Assembly: GCA_964551375.1 (NCBI GenBank)
Contig: CAZKBG010000001.1
Location: 510,001 to 542,000 of the forward strand
DNA: 32,000 nt
DNA from: an uncultured archaeon
GTDB lineage: Archaea; Iainarchaeota; Iainarchaeia; Iainarchaeales; JAAZKV01
Direction: 5' to 3'
The notes under the pieces were generated by a model that had not been told where the DNA came from, ran no database searches, and saw only the letters and a list, made by a program, of their open reading frames with translations. Positions within the stretch are counted from its first letter, which is position 1, and the number at the start of each line of letters is the position of its first letter. Made by a program: the position numbers and the translations under genes. Positions 18,373-26,761 of this stretch are shown here, piece after piece.

Positions 18373-19113
18373 ATGACGGACTTTACCGAACTTGCAAAAC
18401 TCAAACAAGAGCTTCTATTACTAAAAAACCCCGCAAAAGCAAAACTCCTGCAAGGATTCTTTAAAACAGGAAAAGGAGAATACGCAGAAGGAGACGTATT
18501 TTACGGAATACAAGTTCCAGACACGCGAATTGTAGCAAAAAAGTATTTGGATTTAAGCGAAGAAGAACTTAGCGAGCTGATAAACTCAAAAATCCACGAA
18601 GAAAGACTATGCGCGCTAGTAATTTTAGTTCAAAAAACAAAAAGCAAAAAAACAACACTTTCAAAAAGAGAAAAAATGTTTGAATTTTACCTAAAAAACA
18701 CTAAACATATAAACAACTGGGACTTGGTTGACTTAAGCGCCCCAAGAGTAATGGGCGAGTACTTATATTTGGCGAGAAAAGAAGGAAAAGACGAAACAAA
18801 AATCCTTTACACTCTCGCAAAATCAAGCAACTTATGGGAAAAAAGAATATCCATCCTCTCCACAGCATATTTTATAAGCAAAAAAGAATACCAGCACACC
18901 ATAAAAATCTCAGAAATCCTGCTAAACGATACCCACGACTTAATGCACAAAGCAGTAGGATGGATGCTTCGCGAAATCGGCAAGCGAAATTTGGAAGTTG
19001 AAGAAGAGTTCTTGAAAAAACACTATAAAAAAATGCCCAGAACCATGCTAAGATACGCAATAGAAAAATTCCCTGAACAGAAACGACAATCCTACCTCAA
19101 AGGGACAATTTAA
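18373..19113 (+). CDS. DNA alkylation repair (AlkD-like HEAT) protein
   Basis: 'FFKTGKGEYAEGDVFYGIQVPDTRIVAKKYLDLSEEELSELINSKIHEERLCALVILV', 'NNWDLVDLSAPRVMGEYL', 'KAVGWMLREIGKRN'. ATG at 18373 is preceded by GTGAT. Confidence 0.92.
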   Translation: MTDFTELAKLKQELLLLKNPAKAKLLQGFFKTGKGEYAEGDVFYGIQVPDTRIVAKKYLDLSEEELSELINSKIHEERLCALVILVQKTKSKKTTLSKREKMFEFYLKNTKHINNWDLVDLSAPRVMGEYLYLARKEGKDETKILYTLAKSSNLWEKRISILSTAYFISKKEYQHTIKISEILLNDTHDLMHKAVGWMLREIGKRNLEVEEEFLKKHYKKMPRTMLRYAIEKFPEQKRQSYLKGTI

Positions 19114-19182
19114 ATTAACTCACAAACACAAAAATAAATACGAAAAAGCACAAAAAAATATTAAAAGTTAAAATGTGATAAA

Positions 19183-19635
19183 ATGACTGAAGAACAACTA
19201 AGAATCGGCGCCGGAGTTGGAGTAATGGTAGTAAGAGCAGGAAAAGTTCTGCTTGGAATGAGAGCTCAAAAACCCGAAGAAATAGACGCAGGACTCCACG
19301 GAGAAGGAACATGGTGCCTCCCAGGCGGAAAAATGGAATACGGCGAAAGCTTCGAAGAAACCGCTAAAAGAGAACTAATGGAAGAAACAGGAATAGAACT
19401 AAGAGAATCAAGAGTATTATGCGTAAATAACGACATGAACGAATACGCGCACTTTATCACAGTCGGAATGCTGGCAAAAAAATACATTGGAGAAGCGCAG
19501 GTAACAGAGCCAGATGAGATAATAGAATGGCGATGGTTTGACTTAAACAAAGTCCCAAAAGATTTATTCTTCCCGACAAGAAAGATAATTGAATGCTACA
19601 AACAAGGAAGATTCAATCTGCCTGAAAAACACTAA
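19183..19635 (+). CDS. NUDIX hydrolase
   Basis: Nudix box 'GGKMEYGESFEETAKRELMEETGIEL'. Confidence 0.95.
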   Translation: MTEEQLRIGAGVGVMVVRAGKVLLGMRAQKPEEIDAGLHGEGTWCLPGGKMEYGESFEETAKRELMEETGIELRESRVLCVNNDMNEYAHFITVGMLAKKYIGEAQVTEPDEIIEWRWFDLNKVPKDLFFPTRKIIECYKQGRFNLPEKH

Positions 19636-19694
19636 ACCAAACAAATTTTGCCCAAATAACCCTGATTAACTTTCAAAAAAACAGCTAAAAGGCG

Positions 19695-19706
19695 AGATTT
19701 TTAAAC
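19695..19706 (+). promoter_or_regulatory. Candidate BRE/TATA promoter for aIF5A gene
   Basis: 'ggcgagatttttaaaccc' contains a TTTTTAAA core about 60-70 nt upstream of the ATG at 19769. Confidence 0.45.
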
Positions 19707-19768
19707 CCAACTAAACTAGTGTGTTTAAGGAAAAGCTGGGATAAGGCTGAAAACGAAGGGTGTTGAAA

Positions 19769-20170
19769 ATGGAAGACGAAAAGAAGTTTGAACAAACAGG
19801 ATCACTAAAACCAGGGCACTTAGTTCTAATTGACGGAGAAGTTTGCCAAGTAAAAAGCGTTGAAAAATCAAAGCCGGGCAAACACGGAGCAGCAAAAGCA
19901 AGAGTAACTGCATTTAATATTTTTACAGGACAAAAAAGAGGACTGCTAAAGGGAACAGATGCTGAAGTAGAAATCCCAATCGTTCCAAAATCAGACGCTA
20001 CAGTTGTTGCAATCGTTGGAGAAGTAGTTCAGATAATGGACAGCACTTCATACGAAACACTTGACGCACCAAAACCAGGCGCTGACTCAGGAGTACCTGA
20101 ACTAAAATCAGGAGACTCTGTTGAGTACCAAAAATACGGAACAGCAGTAAAGATTGTAAGAAAAAGGTAA
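19769..20170 (+). CDS. Translation initiation factor aIF5A
   Basis: 'LKPGHLVLIDGEVCQVKSVEKSKPGKHGAAKARVTAFNIFTGQKR' contains the hypusine loop SKPGKHGAAK. Confidence 0.96.
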   Translation: MEDEKKFEQTGSLKPGHLVLIDGEVCQVKSVEKSKPGKHGAAKARVTAFNIFTGQKRGLLKGTDAEVEIPIVPKSDATVVAIVGEVVQIMDSTSYETLDAPKPGADSGVPELKSGDSVEYQKYGTAVKIVRKR

Positions 20171-20182
20171 TTAAAATTTTAG

Positions 20183-20206
20183 AGAAGGAAGCAAAAGCTT
20201 CCTTTT
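20183..20206 (+). terminator. Hairpin followed by T-rich tract downstream of aIF5A
   Basis: AAGGAAGC-AAAA-GCTTCCTT (8 bp core, extendable by G-U and A-U), then TTcaaacTATTTTTTT. Confidence 0.6.
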
Positions 20207-20228
20207 CAAACTATTTTTTTAGAAAAAA

Positions 20229-20831
20229 TTATTCTCTTCCAAAGTACTTGCTTTTAGTGTATCTTTTTCTAATCTCAGGCATGGACTTTAAATTAATTTT
20301 TAACCCAGGCACGTGCTTTTCAGCATTTCTAATAACATCCATTCCATGAATCACCATAAAAGGCTCTTCATGCTCGACAGCAAAGTCCAAATGATTCACA
20401 AACTCTTTAACATCAAAAACATGAACGTCGCACTTAAATCCGACTCGTCCAAGCCAGCCTGAAGCTTCGCTCTCAAAAGCTTTTCGTTCAGTATATGAGT
20501 GAAAATGATTCTCTGGAACCGCAACCGACAAATCAACATCGCTTTTATGCTTTCCATAAACTGGAGTTTCCCGCTCAGTGGCTTTTCTTACCCCCACTTG
20601 CGCGCTGCCGTGCATAGTCATTGCCAAAAATCCAGTTCCAAGTTTTTCTTTAAAAAAAGGAAGCGCCCTAGTTCTTACAAAAAACTCTCTTGCAAGCGAC
20701 TGGCGCGTAGTTTCCTTAACAAGACGCCCTCTTGAAGCCTTAAGCCCCCGCTTTCGAATAACCGCAATCCTTTCCCCAGCGCTTTTGAGCTTAGCAGGAA
20801 CCCTCTTAATCATACCATAAATACTGCTCAA
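20229..20831 (-). CDS. Nucleotidyltransferase-fold protein
   Basis: 'GSAQVGVRKATERETPVYGKHKSDVDLSVAVPEN' (SDxDxSV) and 'KCDVHVFDVKEF' support a Pol-beta-like NTase domain. Confidence 0.65.
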   Translation of the reverse strand: MSSIYGMIKRVPAKLKSAGERIAVIRKRGLKASRGRLVKETTRQSLAREFFVRTRALPFFKEKLGTGFLAMTMHGSAQVGVRKATERETPVYGKHKSDVDLSVAVPENHFHSYTERKAFESEASGWLGRVGFKCDVHVFDVKEFVNHLDFAVEHEEPFMVIHGMDVIRNAEKHVPGLKINLKSMPEIRKRYTKSKYFGRE

Positions 20832-20867
20832 AGCAAATTAATTAACTTATCCCAAGGTAAAATAAAT

Positions 20868-21569
20868 ATGCAAAACAAGAAAACCGCTGAAAATGCTAAA
20901 AAAACTGATAAAAACGCTTTACTCTTAATTTCAGGCGGAATTGACAGCCCAGTTGCAGGAAAACTGCTAATGGACGCAGGATTTAATCTGCAAGGGATTC
21001 ACTTTTCACAAGTCCCTTATACTGATGATACTCCAGAAAAAAAATCCTTGCTTCTTGCAAGAGCCCTTGGATTAAAAGAGATGATTGTTATTGACGCGGG
21101 AGAGGAGTTTAAGGAAATTGCGGAGAACTCAAAGAGAGAATATTACTTTATTTTAATAAAAATGTTTATGATGAAATGCACAGAGAGAATTGCAAATGAA
21201 AAAGGAATAGAATTTATCGCAACAGGCGAAAGCCTCGGGCAAGTAAGCTCCCAAACTATGAGCAACTTAAACACAATAAATTCCTCCGTTCAGATTGAAA
21301 TACTCCGCCCGCTATTATTTATGACAAAGCAGGAAATAATTGACATAAGCGCAAAGGAAAAATATTTTGAGATTTCAAAAGGGCCTGAAATGTGCGATGC
21401 TCTCGCAAGCGGAAGACCAAAAACAAGAAGCAGAATAATTGAAACCGAATTTGAAGTAGAATCAAGCAAAATGAATGAACTTGTGAATAGAGCGGTTAAT
21501 AAAATAAGAATTGAAAGCGCTTCAAAAGAAATAAAGCTTGAAAATGAAAGAATAAGTATTTGTAAATAG
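20868..21569 (+). CDS. ThiI-like PP-loop ATPase domain protein (no THUMP domain)
   Basis: 'ALLLISGGIDSPVAGKLLMDAGFNLQGIHFSQVPYT', 'FIATGESLGQVSSQTMSNLNTIN', 'ILRPLLFMTKQEIIDISAKEKYFEIS'. Confidence 0.88.
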   Translation: MQNKKTAENAKKTDKNALLLISGGIDSPVAGKLLMDAGFNLQGIHFSQVPYTDDTPEKKSLLLARALGLKEMIVIDAGEEFKEIAENSKREYYFILIKMFMMKCTERIANEKGIEFIATGESLGQVSSQTMSNLNTINSSVQIEILRPLLFMTKQEIIDISAKEKYFEISKGPEMCDALASGRPKTRSRIIETEFEVESSKMNELVNRAVNKIRIESASKEIKLENERISICK

Positions 21570-21584
21570 GCATTGTTGATAATA

Positions 21585-21869
21585 ATGGAACTTGAAGATT
21601 ACACAGGAAAGCCGTGCCGGAGCAAAATGGCTTACGAATTCCTCCCAAAAAAACAAGTGAAGATAAATCTTGAAATCGCGCGCGAAGAGCTTGAGAAAAT
21701 CGCCAAAACTGAAATCGCTTCAAAAGTTCTTTTAATGATAAAACTTGAAAATGCAGTTATTTCAATATTCCCTTCAGGAAAAATACTTGTAAGAGGAGAA
21801 AAAGAAGAAGAAAAAGCAAAACTCCTCGCAAAAAAAGCAATCAAAGTCCTAAAGAAAAGCTTTTCTTAA
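21585..21869 (+). CDS. Hypothetical small protein, possibly TBP-like or Pcc1-like fold
   Basis: ORF immediately after the ThiI-like gene. 'VLLMIKLENAVISIFPSGKILVRGEKEEEKAKLLAKKAIKVLKKSF' resembles a TBP-repeat-like 'a.iF.sGki.v.G'. Confidence 0.6.
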   Translation: MELEDYTGKPCRSKMAYEFLPKKQVKINLEIAREELEKIAKTEIASKVLLMIKLENAVISIFPSGKILVRGEKEEEKAKLLAKKAIKVLKKSFS

Positions 21870-22047
21870 AGACAAAAAGAAACCTATTTAAAAAAAATCA
21901 AAAAAACAATTAACCCTTAAATCCTTGCTGTGCCAAAACTCCGCAAAAATGCACTAAAACACAATTTACCCTCAAAAAACTTACCCTGCACAAAAATCGA
22001 AAGCATTAAATAGAATTCATATGTTAATTCTAACATTTAAGTTAAAA

Positions 22048-22100
22048 TCTTCACAACGGGGTTAAATGGAATTGTGAAGACAAAAGCAAAGGAGGCTTTT
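22048..22100 (+). promoter_or_regulatory. Structured leader: 9-bp hairpin followed by 6-bp hairpin holding the Shine-Dalgarno
   Basis: TCTTCACAA (22048-22056) pairs with TTGTGAAGA (22072-22080). AAAAGC (22082-22087) pairs with GCTTTT (22095-22100) around AAAGGAG. ATG is at 22104. Confidence 0.45.
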
Positions 22101-22103
22101 CAA

Positions 22104-22829
22104 ATGGTTGATTTCGGAGGCTGTATCAAAAAGCCTTTTAGCGACATGAAAACGCTGTTAGTAGGAATGATAATTGGAGCAATTCCAATTGTAAACATTC
22201 TCTTAAGCGGATTCATCCTAAAAGTGGCTGAAGATACATCAAAAGGAAAAAATGAACTAAGAGCATGGGCTGTTGGAGATATTCTTGACTATATATTAAA
22301 GGCAATAATATCAGTAGTTATTGCAATAGTCTACATGATAGTCCCAATAATACTAATAGTTCTTGGAATAGGCAGCGCACTATTAAGCACAATTGCAACA
22401 TTGTTGCCGTCATTTAATCCGGCAGCAGGCAGCGGAGCAATGGCAAATGTAGACCCGATGACTATAATATCAGCAATAATGAATGGAGTTAGCGCAGGCG
22501 CGCCATTAATCATTATTGGAGTAATCATAGGAATAATCGCAGCATTGCTTTTGCCAATGGCTCTGGTGAAATGGCTAAAGTCAGGATCAGTAGGGGCTGC
22601 ATTCAACGTAATCGCAGTAATAAAAAACTGCCTGACAGGTAAATATATTGCAGCGCTAATAGTTGGAGCAATACTCGCAATAATCATCTCAATGATTCTT
22701 GGAGCAATATCAATTGCACTGGCTTTAGTGCCAATAGTTGGATTCATACTAACAATGTTAGTAATGGGATTGACAAGCTACATCGTGGGAGTAATGTACT
22801 ACTCTATGATAGCACAAACAGTGGATTAA
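22104..22829 (+). CDS. DUF4013-type multi-pass membrane protein
   Basis: 'VDFGGCIKKPFSDMKTLLVGMIIGAIPIVNILLSGFILKVAEDTSKG' plus several transmembrane segments. ATG 22104 is preferred over the GTG at 22074. Confidence 0.75.
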   Translation: MVDFGGCIKKPFSDMKTLLVGMIIGAIPIVNILLSGFILKVAEDTSKGKNELRAWAVGDILDYILKAIISVVIAIVYMIVPIILIVLGIGSALLSTIATLLPSFNPAAGSGAMANVDPMTIISAIMNGVSAGAPLIIIGVIIGIIAALLLPMALVKWLKSGSVGAAFNVIAVIKNCLTGKYIAALIVGAILAIIISMILGAISIALALVPIVGFILTMLVMGLTSYIVGVMYYSMIAQTVD

Positions 22830-22842
22830 AATCGTTAAGATC

Positions 22843-22868
22843 AAAAAGCGGCTAAAATGCCGCTTTTT
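22843..22868 (+). terminator. Strong hairpin with T-run downstream of DUF4013 gene
   Basis: AAAAAGCGGC-TAAAAT-GCCGCTTTTT (10 bp perfect), followed by CTATTTTTTT. Confidence 0.75.
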
Positions 22869-23033
22869 CTATTTTTTTAAAACTCAAAAACGCAAGAATA
22901 ACATCCAAAGAAAACCATTAAATAATGTTCAACTCCATTTCTACAAGTCAACAATTGAAAAAGACCAAAATTAAGTTTGAATTCAGACTTTTTTAAAAGT
23001 CTTTTATCAAAATATACCTTGGGGGTGTTGGGG

Positions 23034-23723
23034 TTGATTAACGCGCTAATTGATTTATACTTTAATCCGGAAAAGTCGATGAAAAAAGCAGTAGGAAAAG
23101 AAAGCATTGTTAGAGGAATATTTAATTTTTCAATAATTCCCGTGGTTATTGCATTTATTTTCGGGCTGTTGATAGGAATACTCACACTTGTTTTTGGAGG
23201 AAGCCCGACTCCGACTGAAATGATAATGCCAATAATCGGATTTCCAATAGGCGCATTCATTTTAGTTCTAATAGGCTCGCTTCTTGTAAATCTATTCTTC
23301 TGGTTTGCAAATAAACTAGTAAAAAACCCAAAAAACTTCACAAAATTATACTACACCCTATCAGTTGGATTTTTGTCAGTAATGATAGTGCTTGTAGTTC
23401 CTGCAATAATTTACATTATTGGAATGATGCTCACTCAAATAGCCGCAGTTGGACTCGCAGTTAACCCTGCAATGAGCTCATTTGCTTTTTTGGGACTCGC
23501 ATTAAGCGCAATAGGACTAGTTCTACTAATTCCATTAGCACTGCTTGGACACTACACATGCTGGCTAGTGTTAAAAGAAGCTACCGGTCTAGAAAACAAG
23601 AAACTTGTAAAAGCGCTTTTAATCACAACAATCATAACAGCAGTGGCAGGATTCATAATACTAGTACTGCTTGGAGCAATTTTAATTCAAGTACTTGGAC
23701 TAGGCGCAGTGCCTGCAGTGTAA
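23034..23723 (+). CDS. Yip1-family membrane protein
   Basis: 'LINALIDLYFNPEKSMKKAVGKESIVRGIFNFSIIPVVIAFIFGLLIGILTLVFGG' plus four or more TM helices. The start is uncertain (the ORF track begins at 22977; TTG 23034 follows GGGGGTG). Confidence 0.6.
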   Translation: MINALIDLYFNPEKSMKKAVGKESIVRGIFNFSIIPVVIAFIFGLLIGILTLVFGGSPTPTEMIMPIIGFPIGAFILVLIGSLLVNLFFWFANKLVKNPKNFTKLYYTLSVGFLSVMIVLVVPAIIYIIGMMLTQIAAVGLAVNPAMSSFAFLGLALSAIGLVLLIPLALLGHYTCWLVLKEATGLENKKLVKALLITTIITAVAGFIILVLLGAILIQVLGLGAVPAV

Positions 23724-23738
23724 GAAAGCGAAACAAAA

Positions 23739-23760
23739 GCTTGGCTATAAAAAAGCCAAG
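23739..23760 (+). terminator. Hairpin followed by T-rich tract downstream of Yip1-like gene
   Basis: GCTTGGC-TATAAAAA-GCCAAGC then GCCCTTATTCTTTT. Confidence 0.55.
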
Positions 23761-23823
23761 CGCCCTTATTCTTTTAAAAAAACATCACACGCTTAAATCA
23801 TTATAATTAAACAAACAATCGGG

Positions 23824-24270
23824 ATGAAAATGGAACACTGCTATAAAGAAGGATGCATTTTCTGCAAATTCGCAAAAAAAGAAATTGAAACCGCAATAAT
23901 TTACGAAAACGACCACATAATCGCATTTCCCGACATTAACCCCGCAGGAGTCCTATTAGGGCACACATTAGTTGTTCCAAAAAAACACTTTGACACAATT
24001 GACGAAGTTGAGGAAGAATACTTAAAAGAAGCAATAATTGCAATAAAGAATCTGACAAAAGCAATAAAGAAAATGTCAGGAGCTGAAGGGATAAATATCC
24101 TCCAAAACAACGGAAAAGCCGCAGGACAACTAATTCCGCACGTTCATTTTCATATTATTCCAAGAAAACATGGAGATGGAATATTTTTTGACGAGAAAAG
24201 AAGAAAAATGCACCCAATGGAACAGACAGAAACCGCCAAATTAATCAAAGAAACCATTCAAAACCAATAA
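23824..24270 (+). CDS. HIT family hydrolase
   Basis: 'CIFCKFAKKEIETAIIYENDHIIAFPDINPAGVLLGHTLVVPKKHFDTI' and 'NNGKAAGQLIPHVHFHIIPR' (HxHxH). Confidence 0.96.
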   Translation: MKMEHCYKEGCIFCKFAKKEIETAIIYENDHIIAFPDINPAGVLLGHTLVVPKKHFDTIDEVEEEYLKEAIIAIKNLTKAIKKMSGAEGINILQNNGKAAGQLIPHVHFHIIPRKHGDGIFFDEKRRKMHPMEQTETAKLIKETIQNQ

Positions 24271-24479
24271 AACTCATGAAAAGAACTTTATTTTTGCAGA
24301 AAATGAGCGGTTTGGATTTTGTTTTCACCCAAACCCCCAAGCGTTTACTTTTCAAACTCAAAAAGTATTAATCTTTAGGGAGTATTATACTAACAAAGAG
24401 AAAACGCCAAAAAATCTTACCGGAAAAATTTGATTTATTGGCAAATCCCAACACATTTTCTCTAAAATATAGCTCCAAA

Positions 24480-24567
24480 GAAAAGAAATCGGGTACGCCA
24501 AGGGGAATACTTGCGAACAGACGCCGTGGAAAAGAGGCGGCGCTGTTAAGAAACTCGATTTCTTTTC
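24480..24567 (+). ncRNA. Candidate structured RNA (three-way junction) upstream of mcm; orientation assumed
   Basis: P1: GAAAAGAAATCG (24480-24491) / CGATTTCTTTTC (24556-24567), 12 bp perfect. P2: CG-c-CAAG (24496-24502) / CTTGCG (24510-24515). P3: AACAG-a-CGCCG (24516-24526) / CGGCGCTGTT (24538-24547), 10 bp. Confidence 0.5.
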
Positions 24568-24643
24568 ACAAAAAATGCACCGGCAAAAAGGGGCAAATAG
24601 TATTAAAACAAGAAAATGGGCAAAATGGTTGGGACTGATTAGG

Positions 24644-26761
24644 ATGTATTCAGATTCGGAAGAAGTAGTAAAGCAGGAAAGCTCGCCTTACTTAGAAAGG
24701 TTTGAAGAATTCTTTAACGCTGAATACAAAAAGCAAATTGAAAGAATTGTAGAAGCATACCCGCAGGAAAGAAGTATAACTGTTGACTTTAAAGCGCTTG
24801 AAAAATATGACCCGATTTTAGCAGATGAACTTCTTGACAAACCGGATGAAGTGCTTGAAGCGGCGCACAACGCAATTCAAAATATTCACATACCAACACT
24901 TACTACAGAAATTTTCAGACCGCACGTTCGATTCTCAAATCTCCCAAAAGATAGGGAAATTGATGTAAGAAACTTAAGCGCAAAACACCTTGGGAAAATG
25001 ATAAGCATAGAAGGGCTTGTTAGGCTAATTACTGATTCTCTGCCTAAAATAACAATGGCTATATGGAAATGCAAAAGATGCGGAAATGTATATAAAATTC
25101 CCCAGAAAAAGCACAAAATATACCCTCCCAATATGTGCGAATGCCACTCAAAGGACTTTGACTTAGAAGAAGACAAGAGCGCATTTATTGATTATCAGAA
25201 AATACAAATACAGGAAACGCTTGAAAAGTTAAAAGGAAATGAACAAGCAACTTATGTTGATGTTTATGTCAGCGATGATTTTGTAAATAGAGTAGCAGCA
25301 GGAGACAAAACAAGATTTGTCGGAGTACTCAGACTAGTTCCGCCGCAAAAAGACAAAAAAGATATTTACGGCAGATATCTTGAAGCAATACACTTAGAAG
25401 AAACTGCCAAAGAATTTTCTGAAGTTGATATTGCAAAAGAAGAAGAAGAGGAAATAAAAAAACTTGCTAAAAATCCGCAGATTTATGAAATGCTTGCGCA
25501 AAGTGTGGCTCCCGCAATTTACGGACATGATACAGTAAAAGAAAGCATATCTCTCCAGCTTTTTGGAGGAGTGACAAAACACCTTCCTAACGGACAAAAA
25601 ATCAGGGGAAACATTCACATCCTACTAATCGGGGACCCAGGATGCGGAAAATCACAATTACTTCAGGCAACAAATAACATAGCTCCAAAATCAATTTACA
25701 TTTCAGGAAAAACAACAAGTGGAGTAGGACTAACCGCATCCGCTGTAAAGGACGAATTTGGAGAAGGAGGATGGACGCTAAAAGCAGGAGCGCTTGTATT
25801 AAGCTCAGGCGGAGTATGCATGGCAGATGAACTTGACAAAATGGCGCCTGAAGATAGGAGCGCGCTGCATGAAGCAATGGAACAGGGAATGATTTCAGTA
25901 GCAAAAGCAGGAATTGTGGCAAGATTTAAAGCAGACACTTCACTACTTGCAGCAGCAAATCCAAAATTTTCAAGATTTGACAAATTCACTCCTTTTTTAG
26001 AACAAATTGACCTACCTGCTTCACTAATCTCAAGATTTGACTTATTTTTCATGATAAGAGATATTCTTGATAGAACTCAAGACCAGAAAATTTCAAGACA
26101 CATACTTGAAACCCACCAAAGCGGGGAAAAATTAATGCAAGCGCAGCAAAAAGGAATAGCTTTGGCAAAAGAAGAAAAAGAAGAAATTGACAAAAAAACA
26201 AAGCCAATAATCGACATGATGGTATTTAGAAAATACGTTTCATTCGCAAGGCAAAAATGCTACCCAATACTAAGCCCTGAAGCAATGGAAACAATTTCTG
26301 ACTTTTATGTAAGTCTGCGTGACCAGGGAAGAAGCCAAGGCTCATACGCAGCAACAGCAAGACAGCTTGAAGGACTTGTAAGACTTGCAGAAGGAAGCGC
26401 AAGAGTAAGACTAAGCGATGTAGTTGAAGTGCAGGACGCCCAAAGAGCAATAAGACTTGTAAAAAAATCCTTAGAAGAAACAGTAACGGACCCTGACACC
26501 GGAAGAATCGACATTGATATTGTAACAACAGGAGTGACACAGGCAAAACAAAATGCAATCTCAACCGTGCTTAGAATTATTAAAGAACAAATGGCAAACG
26601 GAATTGACATGGTTCCAGTGGAAGAAGTTGTAACACAAGGAATGGAAAAAGGGCTTGACGAACAAAAAATCAATCAGGCGCTTGACGAGCTTGAAAAGAA
26701 AGGAGAAATATACAAACCAAGACACCACTTTGTAAAACCCACAACTGAAAAGAAAAGCTAA
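24644..26761 (+). CDS. mcm: Minichromosome maintenance (MCM) replicative helicase
   Basis: 'YGHDTVKESISLQLFGG', Walker A 'LLIGDPGCGKSQLL', Walker B-like 'GGVCMADELDKM', arginine finger 'LISRFDLFF'. The likely ATG is at 24644; the ORF track extends to 24575. Confidence 0.97.
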   Translation: MYSDSEEVVKQESSPYLERFEEFFNAEYKKQIERIVEAYPQERSITVDFKALEKYDPILADELLDKPDEVLEAAHNAIQNIHIPTLTTEIFRPHVRFSNLPKDREIDVRNLSAKHLGKMISIEGLVRLITDSLPKITMAIWKCKRCGNVYKIPQKKHKIYPPNMCECHSKDFDLEEDKSAFIDYQKIQIQETLEKLKGNEQATYVDVYVSDDFVNRVAAGDKTRFVGVLRLVPPQKDKKDIYGRYLEAIHLEETAKEFSEVDIAKEEEEEIKKLAKNPQIYEMLAQSVAPAIYGHDTVKESISLQLFGGVTKHLPNGQKIRGNIHILLIGDPGCGKSQLLQATNNIAPKSIYISGKTTSGVGLTASAVKDEFGEGGWTLKAGALVLSSGGVCMADELDKMAPEDRSALHEAMEQGMISVAKAGIVARFKADTSLLAAANPKFSRFDKFTPFLEQIDLPASLISRFDLFFMIRDILDRTQDQKISRHILETHQSGEKLMQAQQKGIALAKEEKEEIDKKTKPIIDMMVFRKYVSFARQKCYPILSPEAMETISDFYVSLRDQGRSQGSYAATARQLEGLVRLAEGSARVRLSDVVEVQDAQRAIRLVKKSLEETVTDPDTGRIDIDIVTTGVTQAKQNAISTVLRIIKEQMANGIDMVPVEEVVTQGMEKGLDEQKINQALDELEKKGEIYKPRHHFVKPTTEKKS

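Noticed and set aside
21852-21867. 16-bp palindrome AAGAAAAGCTTTTCTT at the end of the small gene after the ThiI-like gene
   Set aside because: It has essentially no loop, overlaps the coding end and is A/T dominated. It is not clearly a terminator or binding site.
22331-22747. 138-aa antisense ORF opposite the DUF4013 gene
   Set aside because: It lies entirely antisense to a convincing membrane protein gene and reflects codon bias.
24480-24567. Possible tRNA, or box H/ACA guide RNA
   Set aside because: There is no T-arm GTTCRA motif and the acceptor geometry is wrong for a tRNA. An ACA follows P1, but P1 is 12 bp and the distance from the upper stem to ACA is 20 nt, not the usual 14-16. 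No clear kink-turn was found. Kept only as an unclassified structure.
24438-24638. 66-aa plus-strand ORF upstream of mcm
   Set aside because: It overlaps the inverted-repeat structured element and the mcm 5' region and has an implausible protein sequence, so I treat it as spurious.
24644-26761. Intein in MCM
   Set aside because: The reading frame runs straight through Walker A, Walker B and the arginine finger with normal spacing and no intein motifs.
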